DNA from: Alkalilimnicola ehrlichii MLHE-1
GTDB taxonomy: Bacteria > Pseudomonadota > Gammaproteobacteria > Nitrococcales > Halorhodospiraceae
DNA length: 32,000 nt
NCBI RefSeq assembly: GCF_000014785.1
Contig: NC_008340.1
Location: 660,001-692,000, forward strand
Reading direction: 5' to 3'
Shown here: in pieces, positions 1-10,332 of the stretch
Layout of the letters: each line of letters opens with the position of its first letter
How positions within the stretch are numbered: the first letter of the stretch is position 1
Translations under genes and position numbers: made by a program
The notes under the pieces: model-generated
The model's database searches: none
What the model was told of the DNA's origin: nothing
The model's input: the letters and a program-made list of their open reading frames with translations, nothing else

Positions 1-192
1 CTCGCCCGCGTGCTGGTTGCCATGGCGGGGGAGTTGTCGCCCAGTGTCCGGCCGGGAGGCCGTATCGCCCTGTCTGGGATCCTGCGGGGGCAGGTCGACC
101 AGGTGCGGGCGTGCTATAGTTCCTGGTTCGAAATGGAGCGGCCGGAATACCAGGGGGATTGGGCCCTGTTGGCGGGCACCCGACGGGGGTAA
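1..192 (+). CDS. prmA: Ribosomal protein L11 methyltransferase, C-terminal fragment (5' end outside window)
   Basis: Open frame 1 from base 1 to TAA at 190-192; LARVLVAMAGELSPSVRPGGRIALSGILRGQ...YQGDWALLAGTRRG resembles the PrmA C-terminus (PGG-x-ALSGIL). Confidence 0.85.
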   Translation, partial: LARVLVAMAGELSPSVRPGGRIALSGILRGQVDQVRACYSSWFEMERPEYQGDWALLAGTRRG

Positions 193-195
193 GCG

Positions 196-687
196 GTGGC
201 AGCAGCGGGTCGGTCGCGGGGGGCGACATGGCGGTTCGGCGCGGTCATCGCCCTGTTGGTCGGTCTGCTGGTGGTGCAATCGGCCTATCTTTGCCGCGAC
301 CGATTGTCGCAGGAGCCGCTGGCCAGGCCCTGGCTCGAGGCCGGTTGCGCCGTGGTGGGCTGTGCGCTGCCCCGGTTCTCCGACCCTCGGGCCCTGCAGT
401 TGCGGGACCGGGTGTTTGAACAGCACCCGCGCCGGCGGGACGTCATCCGCCTGGAGGGGCGCCTGGTCAACACGGCGCCCTTCCGGCAGGATTTCCCGAA
501 CATACATGTGCGTATCACCGACCTGGATGGCCAGCCTCTGGGGGTGCGGCGGTTCACCGCCACGGACTACCTGCACCCTGCCGTGCCGGGGGGTGCGGGG
601 CTGGCCCCAGGGCAGGCCGAGCGGTTGCGCCTGGAGATAATGGTGCCAGCGGATCAGGTACCCAGTTTTGAGCTGGGCTTTTATTGA
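196..687 (+). CDS. DUF3426-like membrane-anchored protein lacking an evident N-terminal zinc ribbon
   Basis: 163 aa ORF with GTG start 3 nt after the prmA stop; one N-terminal TM segment; C-terminal LVNTAPFRQDFPNIHVRITDLDGQPLGVRRFTATDYL pattern. Confidence 0.7.
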   Translation: MAAAGRSRGATWRFGAVIALLVGLLVVQSAYLCRDRLSQEPLARPWLEAGCAVVGCALPRFSDPRALQLRDRVFEQHPRRRDVIRLEGRLVNTAPFRQDFPNIHVRITDLDGQPLGVRRFTATDYLHPAVPGGAGLAPGQAERLRLEIMVPADQVPSFELGFY

Positions 688-784
688 GGCGGGACCCGTC
701 GTGCCCTGCACGATCGGGCCGCGCTTGCATTGGCCGACGAACCGCAGGAAACTTTGCAGCCTTTCCTCGTGACGAAAGCGCCCT

Positions 785-1072
785 ATGGAACAACAGTCAC
801 CTGCCAAAACAACGAACTCCTCCACAGGCGCGCACGGTAACAGCGCGATTGCGCCGCTGCGCGAGGCCGTATCCGAAGCCCTGGGTCAGTACTTCCAGCA
901 GCTCAACGGACACGACTGCTACGGCCTCCACCAGTTGGTGATGCGTGAGGTGGAGGTGCCCCTGATCCAGGCCGCGATGGACTACGCCGACGGCAACCAG
1001 ACACGCGCGGCCCAGCTCCTGGGCATCAATCGGGGTACCCTGCGCCGCAAGCTGCGCGAATACCAGCTGTAA
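785..1072 (+). CDS. fis: DNA-binding protein Fis
   Basis: C-terminal [31 protein letters not shown] is a classic Fis helix-turn-helix. Confidence 0.93.
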   Translation: MEQQSPAKTTNSSTGAHGNSAIAPLREAVSEALGQYFQQLNGHDCYGLHQLVMREVEVPLIQAAMDYADGNQTRAAQLLGINRGTLRRKLREYQL

Positions 1073-1107
1073 CCCCACGGCCCCACCCAACCAGAAGGAC
1101 AGCTCCC

Positions 1108-2688
<1,581 letters not shown>

Positions 2689-2722
2689 GCCGGGCCGCCC
2701 CAGCGAGACGGAGTCAGATGCG

Positions 2723-4015
2723 ATGAAGGTGCTGGTAGTGGGTAACGGTGGGCGCGAGCACGCCCTGGCGTGGAAGCTGGCGCAGTCGCCGCGCGTCGAT
2801 GAGGTGCTGGTGGCCCCGGGCAACGCGGGCACGGCGCTGGAGCCGGGCGTGCGTAATGTGGGCCTCAGCGCCAGCGACATCCCGGCATTGGTGCAGTTGG
2901 CGCGCGATGAGGAGGTGGCGCTGACCGTGGTCGGTCCCGAGGCGCCGTTGGTGGCCGGTATTGTCGACGCCTTCCAGGAGAACAACCTGCGCTGCCTCGG
3001 GCCGACTCGCAGCGCGGCGGAGTTGGAGGGCTCGAAGGCCTTCACCAAGCACTTTCTCGCCCGCTACAAGATCCCCACGGCGGCCTACCAGGTGTTCACC
3101 GACCTGGAATCGGCCCAGGCCTATATTCGCGAACAGGGCGCACCCATTGTGGTGAAGGCGGACGGGCTGGCCGCGGGCAAGGGGGTCACCGTGGCGCGGA
3201 CCCTGGGCGAGGCGCTGCTGGCCGCCGAGGACATGCTCACCGGCAGTGCCTTCGGTGAGGCCGGACAGCGGATTGTGGTGGAGGAGTGCCTGGAGGGGGA
3301 GGAGCTGAGCTTCATCGCGCTGGTGGATGGCGAGCACGTCCTGCCGCTGGCCTCCTCCCAGGACCACAAGCCCCGCGACGAGGGCGACCGGGGCCCGAAC
3401 ACCGGTGGCATGGGGGCCTACTCGCCGGCTCCGGTGCTGACACCGGAGCGCTATAAGCAGGTGATGGACGAGGTTATCCACCCCACGGTCAAGGGGCTGG
3501 CCGAGGAGGGGCGGCGTTACACCGGCTTTCTGTATGCCGGCCTGATGGTGGACGCCCAAGGTGGCGTGAAGGTGCTGGAGTACAACTGCCGCATGGGTGA
3601 CCCGGAGACCCAGCCCATCCTCATGCGCCTGGACAGCGACCTGCTGGAGCTTTGCGAAGCGGCGCTGGATGGGCGGTTGGACGAGGTGGAGGCGCACTGG
3701 AAGCCGCGGGCCGCCCTGGGTGTCGTGATGGCGGCTGGCGGCTACCCCGGCAGCTATCAAAAAGGCCACGAGATCACCGGGCTTAGGACCGAGTATCCGG
3801 CCGGTCAGAAGGTGTTCCACGCCGGCACGGTGCTGGGCGACGATCAGCGCGTGCGGACCAACGGCGGGCGGGTGCTGTGTGCCTGCGCCCTGGGGGATAC
3901 CGTGAGCGAGGCCCAGGCCGCCGCCTACGAGCTGGTGGATGAGATCAGTTGGGAGGGGGCCTTCTGCCGCCGCGACATCGGCTATCGGGCCATCGCCCGC
4001 GAGCAGGCCTCCTGA
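2723..4015 (+). CDS. purD: Phosphoribosylamine--glycine ligase
   Basis: [26 protein letters not shown]-terminus; [17 protein letters not shown]; [24 protein letters not shown]. Start placed at ATG 2723 rather than the upstream ORF start 2642. Confidence 0.96.
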   Translation: MKVLVVGNGGREHALAWKLAQSPRVDEVLVAPGNAGTALEPGVRNVGLSASDIPALVQLARDEEVALTVVGPEAPLVAGIVDAFQENNLRCLGPTRSAAELEGSKAFTKHFLARYKIPTAAYQVFTDLESAQAYIREQGAPIVVKADGLAAGKGVTVARTLGEALLAAEDMLTGSAFGEAGQRIVVEECLEGEELSFIALVDGEHVLPLASSQDHKPRDEGDRGPNTGGMGAYSPAPVLTPERYKQVMDEVIHPTVKGLAEEGRRYTGFLYAGLMVDAQGGVKVLEYNCRMGDPETQPILMRLDSDLLELCEAALDGRLDEVEAHWKPRAALGVVMAAGGYPGSYQKGHEITGLRTEYPAGQKVFHAGTVLGDDQRVRTNGGRVLCACALGDTVSEAQAAAYELVDEISWEGAFCRRDIGYRAIAREQAS

Positions 4016-4035
4016 GACCGGCTCCTCCGCCGTCG

Positions 4036-4097
4036 ACGCCGGACACAAAAAACCGCCGCGCCCTCGGTGAGGCGCGGCGGTTTTTTGTGTCCGGCGT
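4036..4097. terminator. Bidirectional intrinsic terminator between convergent purD and phasin gene
   Basis: Perfect 27-bp inverted repeat ACGCCGGACACAAAAAACCGCCGCGCC / GGCGCGGCGGTTTTTTGTGTCCGGCGT, 8-nt loop, A6 and T6 tracts in the arms. Confidence 0.88.
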
Positions 4098-4133
4098 GCC
4101 CCGGTGGGGGCCTGTACCGGTGGTTGCCGCCGT

Positions 4134-4652
4134 TTAAGCGGACTTGGTGGTACGGCGGGCGGAGCTGCCCTTGCTGGCGGTGCTGCGGGTGGTGCGCTTC
4201 GCGCCACTGCCGCCGCTCGTGCTGCCGGTGCTGGCGCTGCTCTGGGCGGGCGCGCTGGCGCTGGGCGCCGCTGCGGCGGCAGCCGGGATGCTGGCCAGCG
4301 GGCTGCCGCTCTCGGCGGCCAGCTTGCGCACCTGCTCGCCAAAGTCGCGGCCGAGGTCCACCAGCTTGCCGGCATCCTCGTTGAGCTTCTGGTTGCACTG
4401 CTCGGCCAGCTTCTGGCGGCTCTCCAGGTAGTCCGTCAGGCTCTTCTGGTCGCTGATCTCCAGGGTCGCGCGGGCCTGACTGAAGGTCAGGTCAGACCAG
4501 GAACTCAGGATGTCCAGCTGCAGCTGGGTGTACTTTTCAGCGCCTTCCAGCATCAGGCCCATCATCCGGCGGACCGGTTCGCCCTGGCCTTCCATCTGCT
4601 TGAAAATATCGCCGAATTGCGCCTGGAACTGCTTGTTGAACTGCTCGTACAT
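4134..4652 (-). CDS. Phasin family protein with basic low-complexity C-terminal tail
   Basis: 172 aa from MYEQFNKQFQAQFGDIFKQ; amphipathic helical phasin-like region; tail AKRTTRSTASKGSSARRTTKSA; RBS GGAGGTG upstream. Confidence 0.8.
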   Translation of the reverse strand: MYEQFNKQFQAQFGDIFKQMEGQGEPVRRMMGLMLEGAEKYTQLQLDILSSWSDLTFSQARATLEISDQKSLTDYLESRQKLAEQCNQKLNEDAGKLVDLGRDFGEQVRKLAAESGSPLASIPAAAAAAPSASAPAQSSASTGSTSGGSGAKRTTRSTASKGSSARRTTKSA

Positions 4653-4784
4653 GGGGTCACCTCCAATTAGGTGTCTTAATGACTTGTGCGATGCAACATA
4701 GCACGCCATTTGGTGCGTTGCAACAAGCCGCGAAAAGCCTTCTATACTGCTCTTACCGGGTACGGGTTAAGCGGAGGTCAACCC

Positions 4785-5090
4785 ATGGACAGGCAGCAGC
4801 TCTACGTCGGCAATCTGCCGACCGACTGTGAACAGGGGGCATTGGAGGCTCTGTTCCGGCCCTATGGTGAAGTGTGCTCGGCGCGACTGGTGCGGGATCG
4901 AAGCAGTGGCGAACCCCGCGGGTTCGCCTTTGTGGAGATGGAGGTCCGGGCGGCGGAGGCGGCCATGGCGGCGCTGGACGGCCAGCCCTACCAGGGGCAG
5001 CGGCTGCGGGTGAATCGTGCGCACCAGAAGCAGCCGCGCGGGCCGAGAGCCCTGCGGCTGCGGCGCCGGGCGGTGCACCGCCATGCCTGA
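4785..5090 (+). CDS. RRM-domain RNA-binding protein
   Basis: LYVGNLPTDC (RNP2) and RGFAFVEM (RNP1); RBS GGAGG upstream of ATG 4785. Confidence 0.9.
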   Translation: MDRQQLYVGNLPTDCEQGALEALFRPYGEVCSARLVRDRSSGEPRGFAFVEMEVRAAEAAMAALDGQPYQGQRLRVNRAHQKQPRGPRALRLRRRAVHRHA

Positions 5091-5128
5091 GGCGCCGGGC
5101 CGGCAGTGGCCGGCGCCCGGGTGACGCG

Positions 5129-5605
5129 TTACGTGCGGCCCGGGGCGGCCTCCGGCTCCGCGGCGTCGTCGTCCGCCGGCGTGGTGGCCCCGGTGTCGTG
5201 GCCGGGCAGGGCGTGCGGCCGTTCCTGCTGGTCGGTGAGGGCCAGATGCTGCTCGTCCCGGGCATGACTCTGGCCGCGGAAGATGCCGCCCGGCTCGATC
5301 ACGAAGGTATCGCTATAGACATCGCCGTGGACCCTGCCGTTGGCGACAATCTCGAGCGCATGGCAGTCCACGTCCCCCTCCAGATGGCCGCTGACCACCA
5401 GTCGTTCGGCCTGGATGGTGCCCTCCAGCCGGCCACTTTCACCAATGGAGACATCGCCGTGGGTGCGGACGGTGCCCCGCACGGTACCGTCCAGATGAAG
5501 GGCCACCTCGCAGGTCAGTTCCCCGACGAGTTCGGTACCCGCAGCGATAACTGTCGTTCCTGTAGGCTTAGACTGCGTTTTAGCCCCTTTGCCAATGAGT
5601 CCCAT
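5129..5605 (-). CDS. Bactofilin family protein
   Basis: GTELVGELTCEVALHLDGTVRGTVRTHGDVSIGESGRLEGTIQAERLVVSGHLEGDV repeat pattern of bactofilins. Confidence 0.9.
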   Translation of the reverse strand: MGLIGKGAKTQSKPTGTTVIAAGTELVGELTCEVALHLDGTVRGTVRTHGDVSIGESGRLEGTIQAERLVVSGHLEGDVDCHALEIVANGRVHGDVYSDTFVIEPGGIFRGQSHARDEQHLALTDQQERPHALPGHDTGATTPADDDAAEPEAAPGRT

Positions 5606-6474
5606 TTTACCCGGCCCTCTTTCTCGAAAAGCGCTTCGTAGTTGTCGATGTCCCAGGCGACGAACGGCTCCGGATTGAGCTTGCGCTGCAGGTGCCAGAC
5701 CTCGTAGTGAAGATGCGGTCCGGTGGCGCTGCCCGTGCTGCCCACGCGGCCGATCACGGTGCCTGCCGGGACGAACTCGCCCTGGCGGACCTTGATGCGG
5801 TCCAGGTGGGCGTAGTAGGTCTTGAAGGAGAAGTTGTGGTCAAGGATGACGAGCTTGCCCAGACCGCTGTTATGGCGCGCGGCGAAGTTGACGACGCCGT
5901 CGGCGGTGGCCACCACCGGGGTGCCGCGGTCGGCGGCCAGGTCCACGGCGGCGTGGAAAGAGCGCTCGCCGCTGATCGGGTGGCGGCGCCAGCCATAGCC
6001 GCTGGTCTTGCGGCTATGCCCCTGGATGGGGTTGCCGCTGGGGATGGTTTGCAGCATCAGCGCCCGCTCCAGGGCAGTCTGGCTGGCGGTGTCCAGGCGC
6101 TGACTGCGGCCCACGTCGGGTTCCGGCCGCAGCCCGACCATGGCCTCAATGTGGCCCAGCTCCAGGTCCAGTTGGCTCAGTTCGGCGGACTGCTCCTCAA
6201 TGACGCGGTTGAGTTCGGCGTTACGCCGTTCGATCGCCTGGATGACCCGGACCTTGTGGTCCTGCAATTGCTCGTACTCCGACTGTGCTTGGTCGCGACG
6301 TTCGGCCAACTCGGTGAGGTTGTGGTTGAGCCACCAGATGGTGGCGCCGCCGGCCAGGAAGGTCAGCAGGATGACGGTGACCGTCCCCAGCGCCACCCGC
6401 TTCACCAGTTGGTGTAGCGAGAAGTGCCGGGAGCCCCGGTAGTCGGTAATCGTCAGTGTGAAACGATCCCTCAA
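5515..6474 (-). CDS. M23 family peptidoglycan metallopeptidase with N-terminal TM and coiled coil
   Basis: SGYGWRRHPISGERSFHAAVDLAADRGTPVVATADGVV...GKLVILDHNFSFKTYYAHLDRI and TGPHLHYEVW; 91-bp overlap with the downstream bactofilin gene. Confidence 0.92.
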   Translation of the reverse strand: MRDRFTLTITDYRGSRHFSLHQLVKRVALGTVTVILLTFLAGGATIWWLNHNLTELAERRDQAQSEYEQLQDHKVRVIQAIERRNAELNRVIEEQSAELSQLDLELGHIEAMVGLRPEPDVGRSQRLDTASQTALERALMLQTIPSGNPIQGHSRKTSGYGWRRHPISGERSFHAAVDLAADRGTPVVATADGVVNFAARHNSGLGKLVILDHNFSFKTYYAHLDRIKVRQGEFVPAGTVIGRVGSTGSATGPHLHYEVWHLQRKLNPEPFVAWDIDNYEALFEKEGRVKWDSLAKGLKRSLSLQERQLSLRVPNSSGN

Positions 6475-6570
6475 TGTCCTTCGCCCGTTTTTCTGGTGAA
6501 TGGCCCGGGCACGCTGACTTGGGCCACTTATGCTGTTGAAGGTCTGCTCGGTGGAGAGGGTCCCGACGGG

Positions 6571-6861
6571 TCAATCCTGCCGCCGGCCTTCCTCCCGCCG
6601 GTATTCACCCTCGATCACGCGGCCGCCGGCGGCCGATTGTTGGCGCTGGTGGCGCGCCTGGGCGCGCTCGGCCGCCTGGCGGAGCTGACGACGCAGCCAC
6701 CAGAGGCGGACGGCGAAGACCACGGCCCCCACCGCGGCCAGGCCCAGCAGGGCCAGAAAGACGAAGACGCCCAGAAAGGCGGTGAAGCCGATCACTACGA
6801 TCGCCCCGAGCACGCCGATCACCCGGCCGATCAGGCTGCCGGAGGGGTTGGATGTTTGCAT
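6571..6861 (-). CDS. Small membrane protein of unknown function
   Basis: 96 aa from MQTSNPSGSLIGRVIGVLG; two hydrophobic stretches then a basic/Gln-rich tail. Confidence 0.6.
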   Translation of the reverse strand: MQTSNPSGSLIGRVIGVLGAIVVIGFTAFLGVFVFLALLGLAAVGAVVFAVRLWWLRRQLRQAAERAQARHQRQQSAAGGRVIEGEYRREEGRRQD

Positions 6862-6975
6862 GTAAACCTCTTGCTTGCCCCGGAGCCGGGCCCCGGCGCC
6901 CAATTTAACACCTTATTGCGGCAGGCAGAATGACGCCCGGGGGGGCATCTGGCCGCAGCCCCGGGCTCCGGGAGG

Positions 6976-8883
6976 TCAGACCTGGGTCTGGGCCTCCAGT
7001 TCCTCCCAACGCTCAAAGGCGCTCATCAGCCGCTCCTCCAGGGCCTCCAGTTGGGCCTGCAGGCGCGGGATATCCTCCGGGCGGTCGCGGTAGATCGCCG
7101 GGTTGGCCAGTTGCTGTTGCAGCTCGCTCTGTTCCTGCTCCAGCCGTTCGATGGTCTCGGGCAGGCTGGCCAGCTCCCGCTGGGCCTTGTAGCCCAGCTT
7201 GGCGGGCCGGCGACTGCGGCTGGTCGGGCGCTCCGGCCGCTGGGCGGCCTCGGTGCGGCGCGTTTGGCGGCCCTGCTCGGTGTCGCGCTGGGCCTGGTGG
7301 CGCAGCCAGTCGCTGTAGCCGCCGGCGTGCTCGGTGATCCGGCCCTCGCCCTCGAAGACCCAGGTGCTGGTGACCACCTGATCCATGAATTCGCGGTCGT
7401 GGCTGACCAGCAACACGGTGCCGTCATAATCGGCCAGGCGGTCCTCCAGCAGCTCCAGGGTCTCCATGTCCAGGTCGTTGGTGGGCTCGTCGAGCACCAG
7501 CAGGTTGGCCGGGCGGGTAAACAGCCGCGCCAGCAGCAGCCGGGCGCGTTCGCCACCGGAGAGGCTGTGCACCGGGCTGCGTGCCCGGTCTGGGGTGAAC
7601 AGGAAGTCCTGCAAGTAGCCCAGGACGTGGGTGCGCCGGCCGCCCACCTCGATGAACTCGCGGCCGTCGGCGATGTTGTCGGCGACACTGCGCTGATCGT
7701 CCAGCGTCTCCCGAAGCTGGTCGAACCAGGCCACCTCCAGCCGGGTACCGGTGCGGATGCGGCCCGCCGTGGGCTGAACCCGCCCCAGTAGCAGGCGCAG
7801 CAGGGTGGTCTTGCCGGCGCCGTTGGGGCCCACCAGGCCAATGCGGTCGCCGCGCAGCACGGTGGTGGAGAAGTCTTGGATCAGCGGCCGGCCGTCGGGC
7901 AGGGTGAACCCGACCTGCTCGGCCTCGGCCACGAGCTTGCCCGACTGCTCCGCCGCCTGGATGTCCAGCCGGCTGGTGCCCTGACCAGTCCGGCGGGCGG
8001 CGTGCGCCTCACGCAGCGCCTGCAGGGCCCGCACCCGCCCCTGGTTGCGGGTGCGCCGGGCCTTGATGCCCTGGCGGATCCAGGCTTCCTCTTGGGCCAG
8101 GCGCTTGTCCTCCCGCGCCTGGGCCTGGGCCTCGGCGTTCAGCCGCTCATCGCGCCGGCGCAGGTAATTGTCCCAATCGCCGGGGTAGCTGTATGCCCGC
8201 CCGCGGTCCAGCTCCACGATCCGGGTGGCCACCCGGCGCAGGAAGGCGCGATCGTGGGTGACGAGGACTACCGAGGCCTCGGTGGTGGCGATCACCTCCT
8301 CCAACCGCTGGATGGCTTCCAGGTCCAAGTGGTTGGTGGGCTCATCCAGAAGCAGCAGATCGGGGTCGCGGACCAGCGCCTGGGCCAGCAGCACCTGGCG
8401 TCTCAGCCCGCCGGAGAGCTGGTCGAAGCGGGCATCGGCGGGCAGGCCCAGCCGGCTCAGGGTGGCCTCCACCCGATTGTGAAGGGCCCAGCCGCCGCGC
8501 CCCTCCAGCTCGTGCTGAATATGCTCCAGCCGGGTCATGGCTGCCTCGTCGCCCATGGCCACCTGGCGGCTGGTCTGGTGGTAACGTTCCACCAGTTCGC
8601 CCAGCTCGCCGAGCCCCTCGGCGACGACATGGTAGACGCTACCCGCCATGCGTTCGGGGATGTCCTGGGGCAGCAGGGCGACATCGAGCCGTTCCAGGCC
8701 CTCGATGCGTCCGCTGTCCGGGGTGTGTTCGCCCGCCAACAGGCGCAGCAGGGAGGACTTGCCGCAACCGTTGCGGCCGAGCAGGGCGATGCGCTCGCCG
8801 GCTTCCAGCTGCAGGCTGACGCCGTCCAGCAGCGTCGGACCGCCGAAGGCCAGGTGGATGTCGTGCAGATGCAGCAGCGCCAA
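6976..8883 (-). CDS. uup: ABC-F family ATPase, Uup type (TTG start proposed)
   Basis: Two ABC domains (LLGRNGCGKSSLLRLL / LVGPNGAGKTTLLRLLLG), two signature regions, linker, C-terminal coiled coil. GAGGAG RBS precedes TTG at 8883. Confidence 0.88.
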   Translation of the reverse strand: MALLHLHDIHLAFGGPTLLDGVSLQLEAGERIALLGRNGCGKSSLLRLLAGEHTPDSGRIEGLERLDVALLPQDIPERMAGSVYHVVAEGLGELGELVERYHQTSRQVAMGDEAAMTRLEHIQHELEGRGGWALHNRVEATLSRLGLPADARFDQLSGGLRRQVLLAQALVRDPDLLLLDEPTNHLDLEAIQRLEEVIATTEASVVLVTHDRAFLRRVATRIVELDRGRAYSYPGDWDNYLRRRDERLNAEAQAQAREDKRLAQEEAWIRQGIKARRTRNQGRVRALQALREAHAARRTGQGTSRLDIQAAEQSGKLVAEAEQVGFTLPDGRPLIQDFSTTVLRGDRIGLVGPNGAGKTTLLRLLLGRVQPTAGRIRTGTRLEVAWFDQLRETLDDQRSVADNIADGREFIEVGGRRTHVLGYLQDFLFTPDRARSPVHSLSGGERARLLLARLFTRPANLLVLDEPTNDLDMETLELLEDRLADYDGTVLLVSHDREFMDQVVTSTWVFEGEGRITEHAGGYSDWLRHQAQRDTEQGRQTRRTEAAQRPERPTSRSRRPAKLGYKAQRELASLPETIERLEQEQSELQQQLANPAIYRDRPEDIPRLQAQLEALEERLMSAFERWEELEAQTQV

Positions 8884-9014
8884 GGTCGCTCCTCTTCGCT
8901 CGAGTGGGTGGCCTATTCTACATCCTTGCCCGGACGGCGTAGACCGGTCGTCGGCCAGGCTGCGACACACGGCCCGCTTTGCCCCAGCGAAGACCTGAGG
9001 TATCTTTCGCCCGC

Positions 9015-10322
9015 ATGAACGATGACGCCAACGCCTACCACCTGACGGACCACCCCCTGCGTCGCCAGATCCACGACGAGGTCCACGCCCGGCCCTTTGA
9101 GATCCTGCGTGCGCCGATGCGGGTCTCCCACCTGGCCATGCTCTCCGGGCGCCATGGCGCGGACGCCGATCGTCAACACGTGGCCGCCCTGTGCGAGCGC
9201 TTCGGCGTGGCCCCGCCGGCGTCCGGTGCCAACCACCTGAGCGAGGACTTCGGCCCCTTCCGGCTCAAGTGGGAGCGGCGCACGGAGTTCTCCACCTACA
9301 CCTTTTTCGTTCACGGGGCCTTCGACCACCCCTTCGAGAACCCGGCCATTGATCAGGTGCCGTTGGACTGGCTTGAACGGTTGCCCGGCAAGCGGCTGGT
9401 GGCGATCCATCTGGGCCTGGAGTCCGCCGATATGCCGGCGCGCAGCGTCGCCGACACCGTGGCGCTGTTCAATCGCAACACGGTGGTGGGCAGCGTGGTC
9501 TCTGACGGGGCGGCCCGCGCCTGGACCGACTTCCGCATCCACGACGACGGCTATTCGCGCATGTTGGTGCGCGACATCCGGTTGCGCGAGCGCCAGGCCG
9601 GCCGTGTGGTGCAGCGCCTGCTGGATATCGAGACTTACCGCATGATGGCCCTGCTGGCCTTCCCGGTCGCCGGGCAGGTGAGCCCGGAGCTCACGGCCCT
9701 GGAGGAGCGGCTGGCGTCGATGACCCAGCGGCTGACCGATATTCGGGCCCTGGAGGATGAGCAGGGGTTGCTGGCCGATCTCTCGTCGCTGGCCGCGAAG
9801 GTGGAGCGCATCGGCAATGCCACCCATTACCGGTTCAACGCCGCCCGGGCCTATTACGCGCTGGTGGAGCGGCGTATGGCGGAACTGCGCGAGCAGCGGA
9901 TCCCGGGCATGCAGACAATAAAGGGCTTTCTGGAACGGCGCCTGGAGCCGGCCATGCGCACCTGTGAGTCGGTGGCCCGGCGCCAGGAGTCGCTGGCCCG
10001 CCGGGTGGCCCGCACCGGGGATCTGCTGCGCACCCGGGTGGACGTGGCCCTGGAGGCACAGAACCGCGACTTGCTGGACTCCATGAACCGCCGCGCCCGG
10101 CTGCAAATGCGGCTACAGGAGACGGTGGAGGGTCTGTCGGTGGTGGCCATCAGCTACTACGGCGTCTCCCTGGTCGGCTACCTGCTCGGTGCCGGCCGCG
10201 CTGCGGGGCTGGATGTCTCCGTCGATCTGCTCCGGGGCGCGGCGGTGCCGCTGGTGGTGGCCATGGTCTGGCTCGGCGTGCGCTGGGTGAAGCGGCGCGT
10301 GGTCCGGCGCAGCGAGGCCTGA
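9015..10322 (+). CDS. DUF3422 family membrane protein of unknown function
   Basis: YHLTDHPLRRQIHDEVHARPFEIL...RVSHLAM N-terminus and C-terminal coiled coil plus TM segments. Confidence 0.8.
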   Translation: MNDDANAYHLTDHPLRRQIHDEVHARPFEILRAPMRVSHLAMLSGRHGADADRQHVAALCERFGVAPPASGANHLSEDFGPFRLKWERRTEFSTYTFFVHGAFDHPFENPAIDQVPLDWLERLPGKRLVAIHLGLESADMPARSVADTVALFNRNTVVGSVVSDGAARAWTDFRIHDDGYSRMLVRDIRLRERQAGRVVQRLLDIETYRMMALLAFPVAGQVSPELTALEERLASMTQRLTDIRALEDEQGLLADLSSLAAKVERIGNATHYRFNAARAYYALVERRMAELREQRIPGMQTIKGFLERRLEPAMRTCESVARRQESLARRVARTGDLLRTRVDVALEAQNRDLLDSMNRRARLQMRLQETVEGLSVVAISYYGVSLVGYLLGAGRAAGLDVSVDLLRGAAVPLVVAMVWLGVRWVKRRVVRRSEA

Positions 10323-10332
10323 GCCCCCGGCT

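Noticed and set aside
2714-4375. 553 aa minus-strand ORF opposite purD
   Set aside because: Low-complexity Pro/Ala/Arg-rich translation, spans the terminator and part of the phasin gene; shadow ORF.
4674-4735. Imperfect GCAAC/GTTGC dyad between the phasin and RRM genes
   Set aside because: Short arms with many mismatches; not stronger than chance in this composition.
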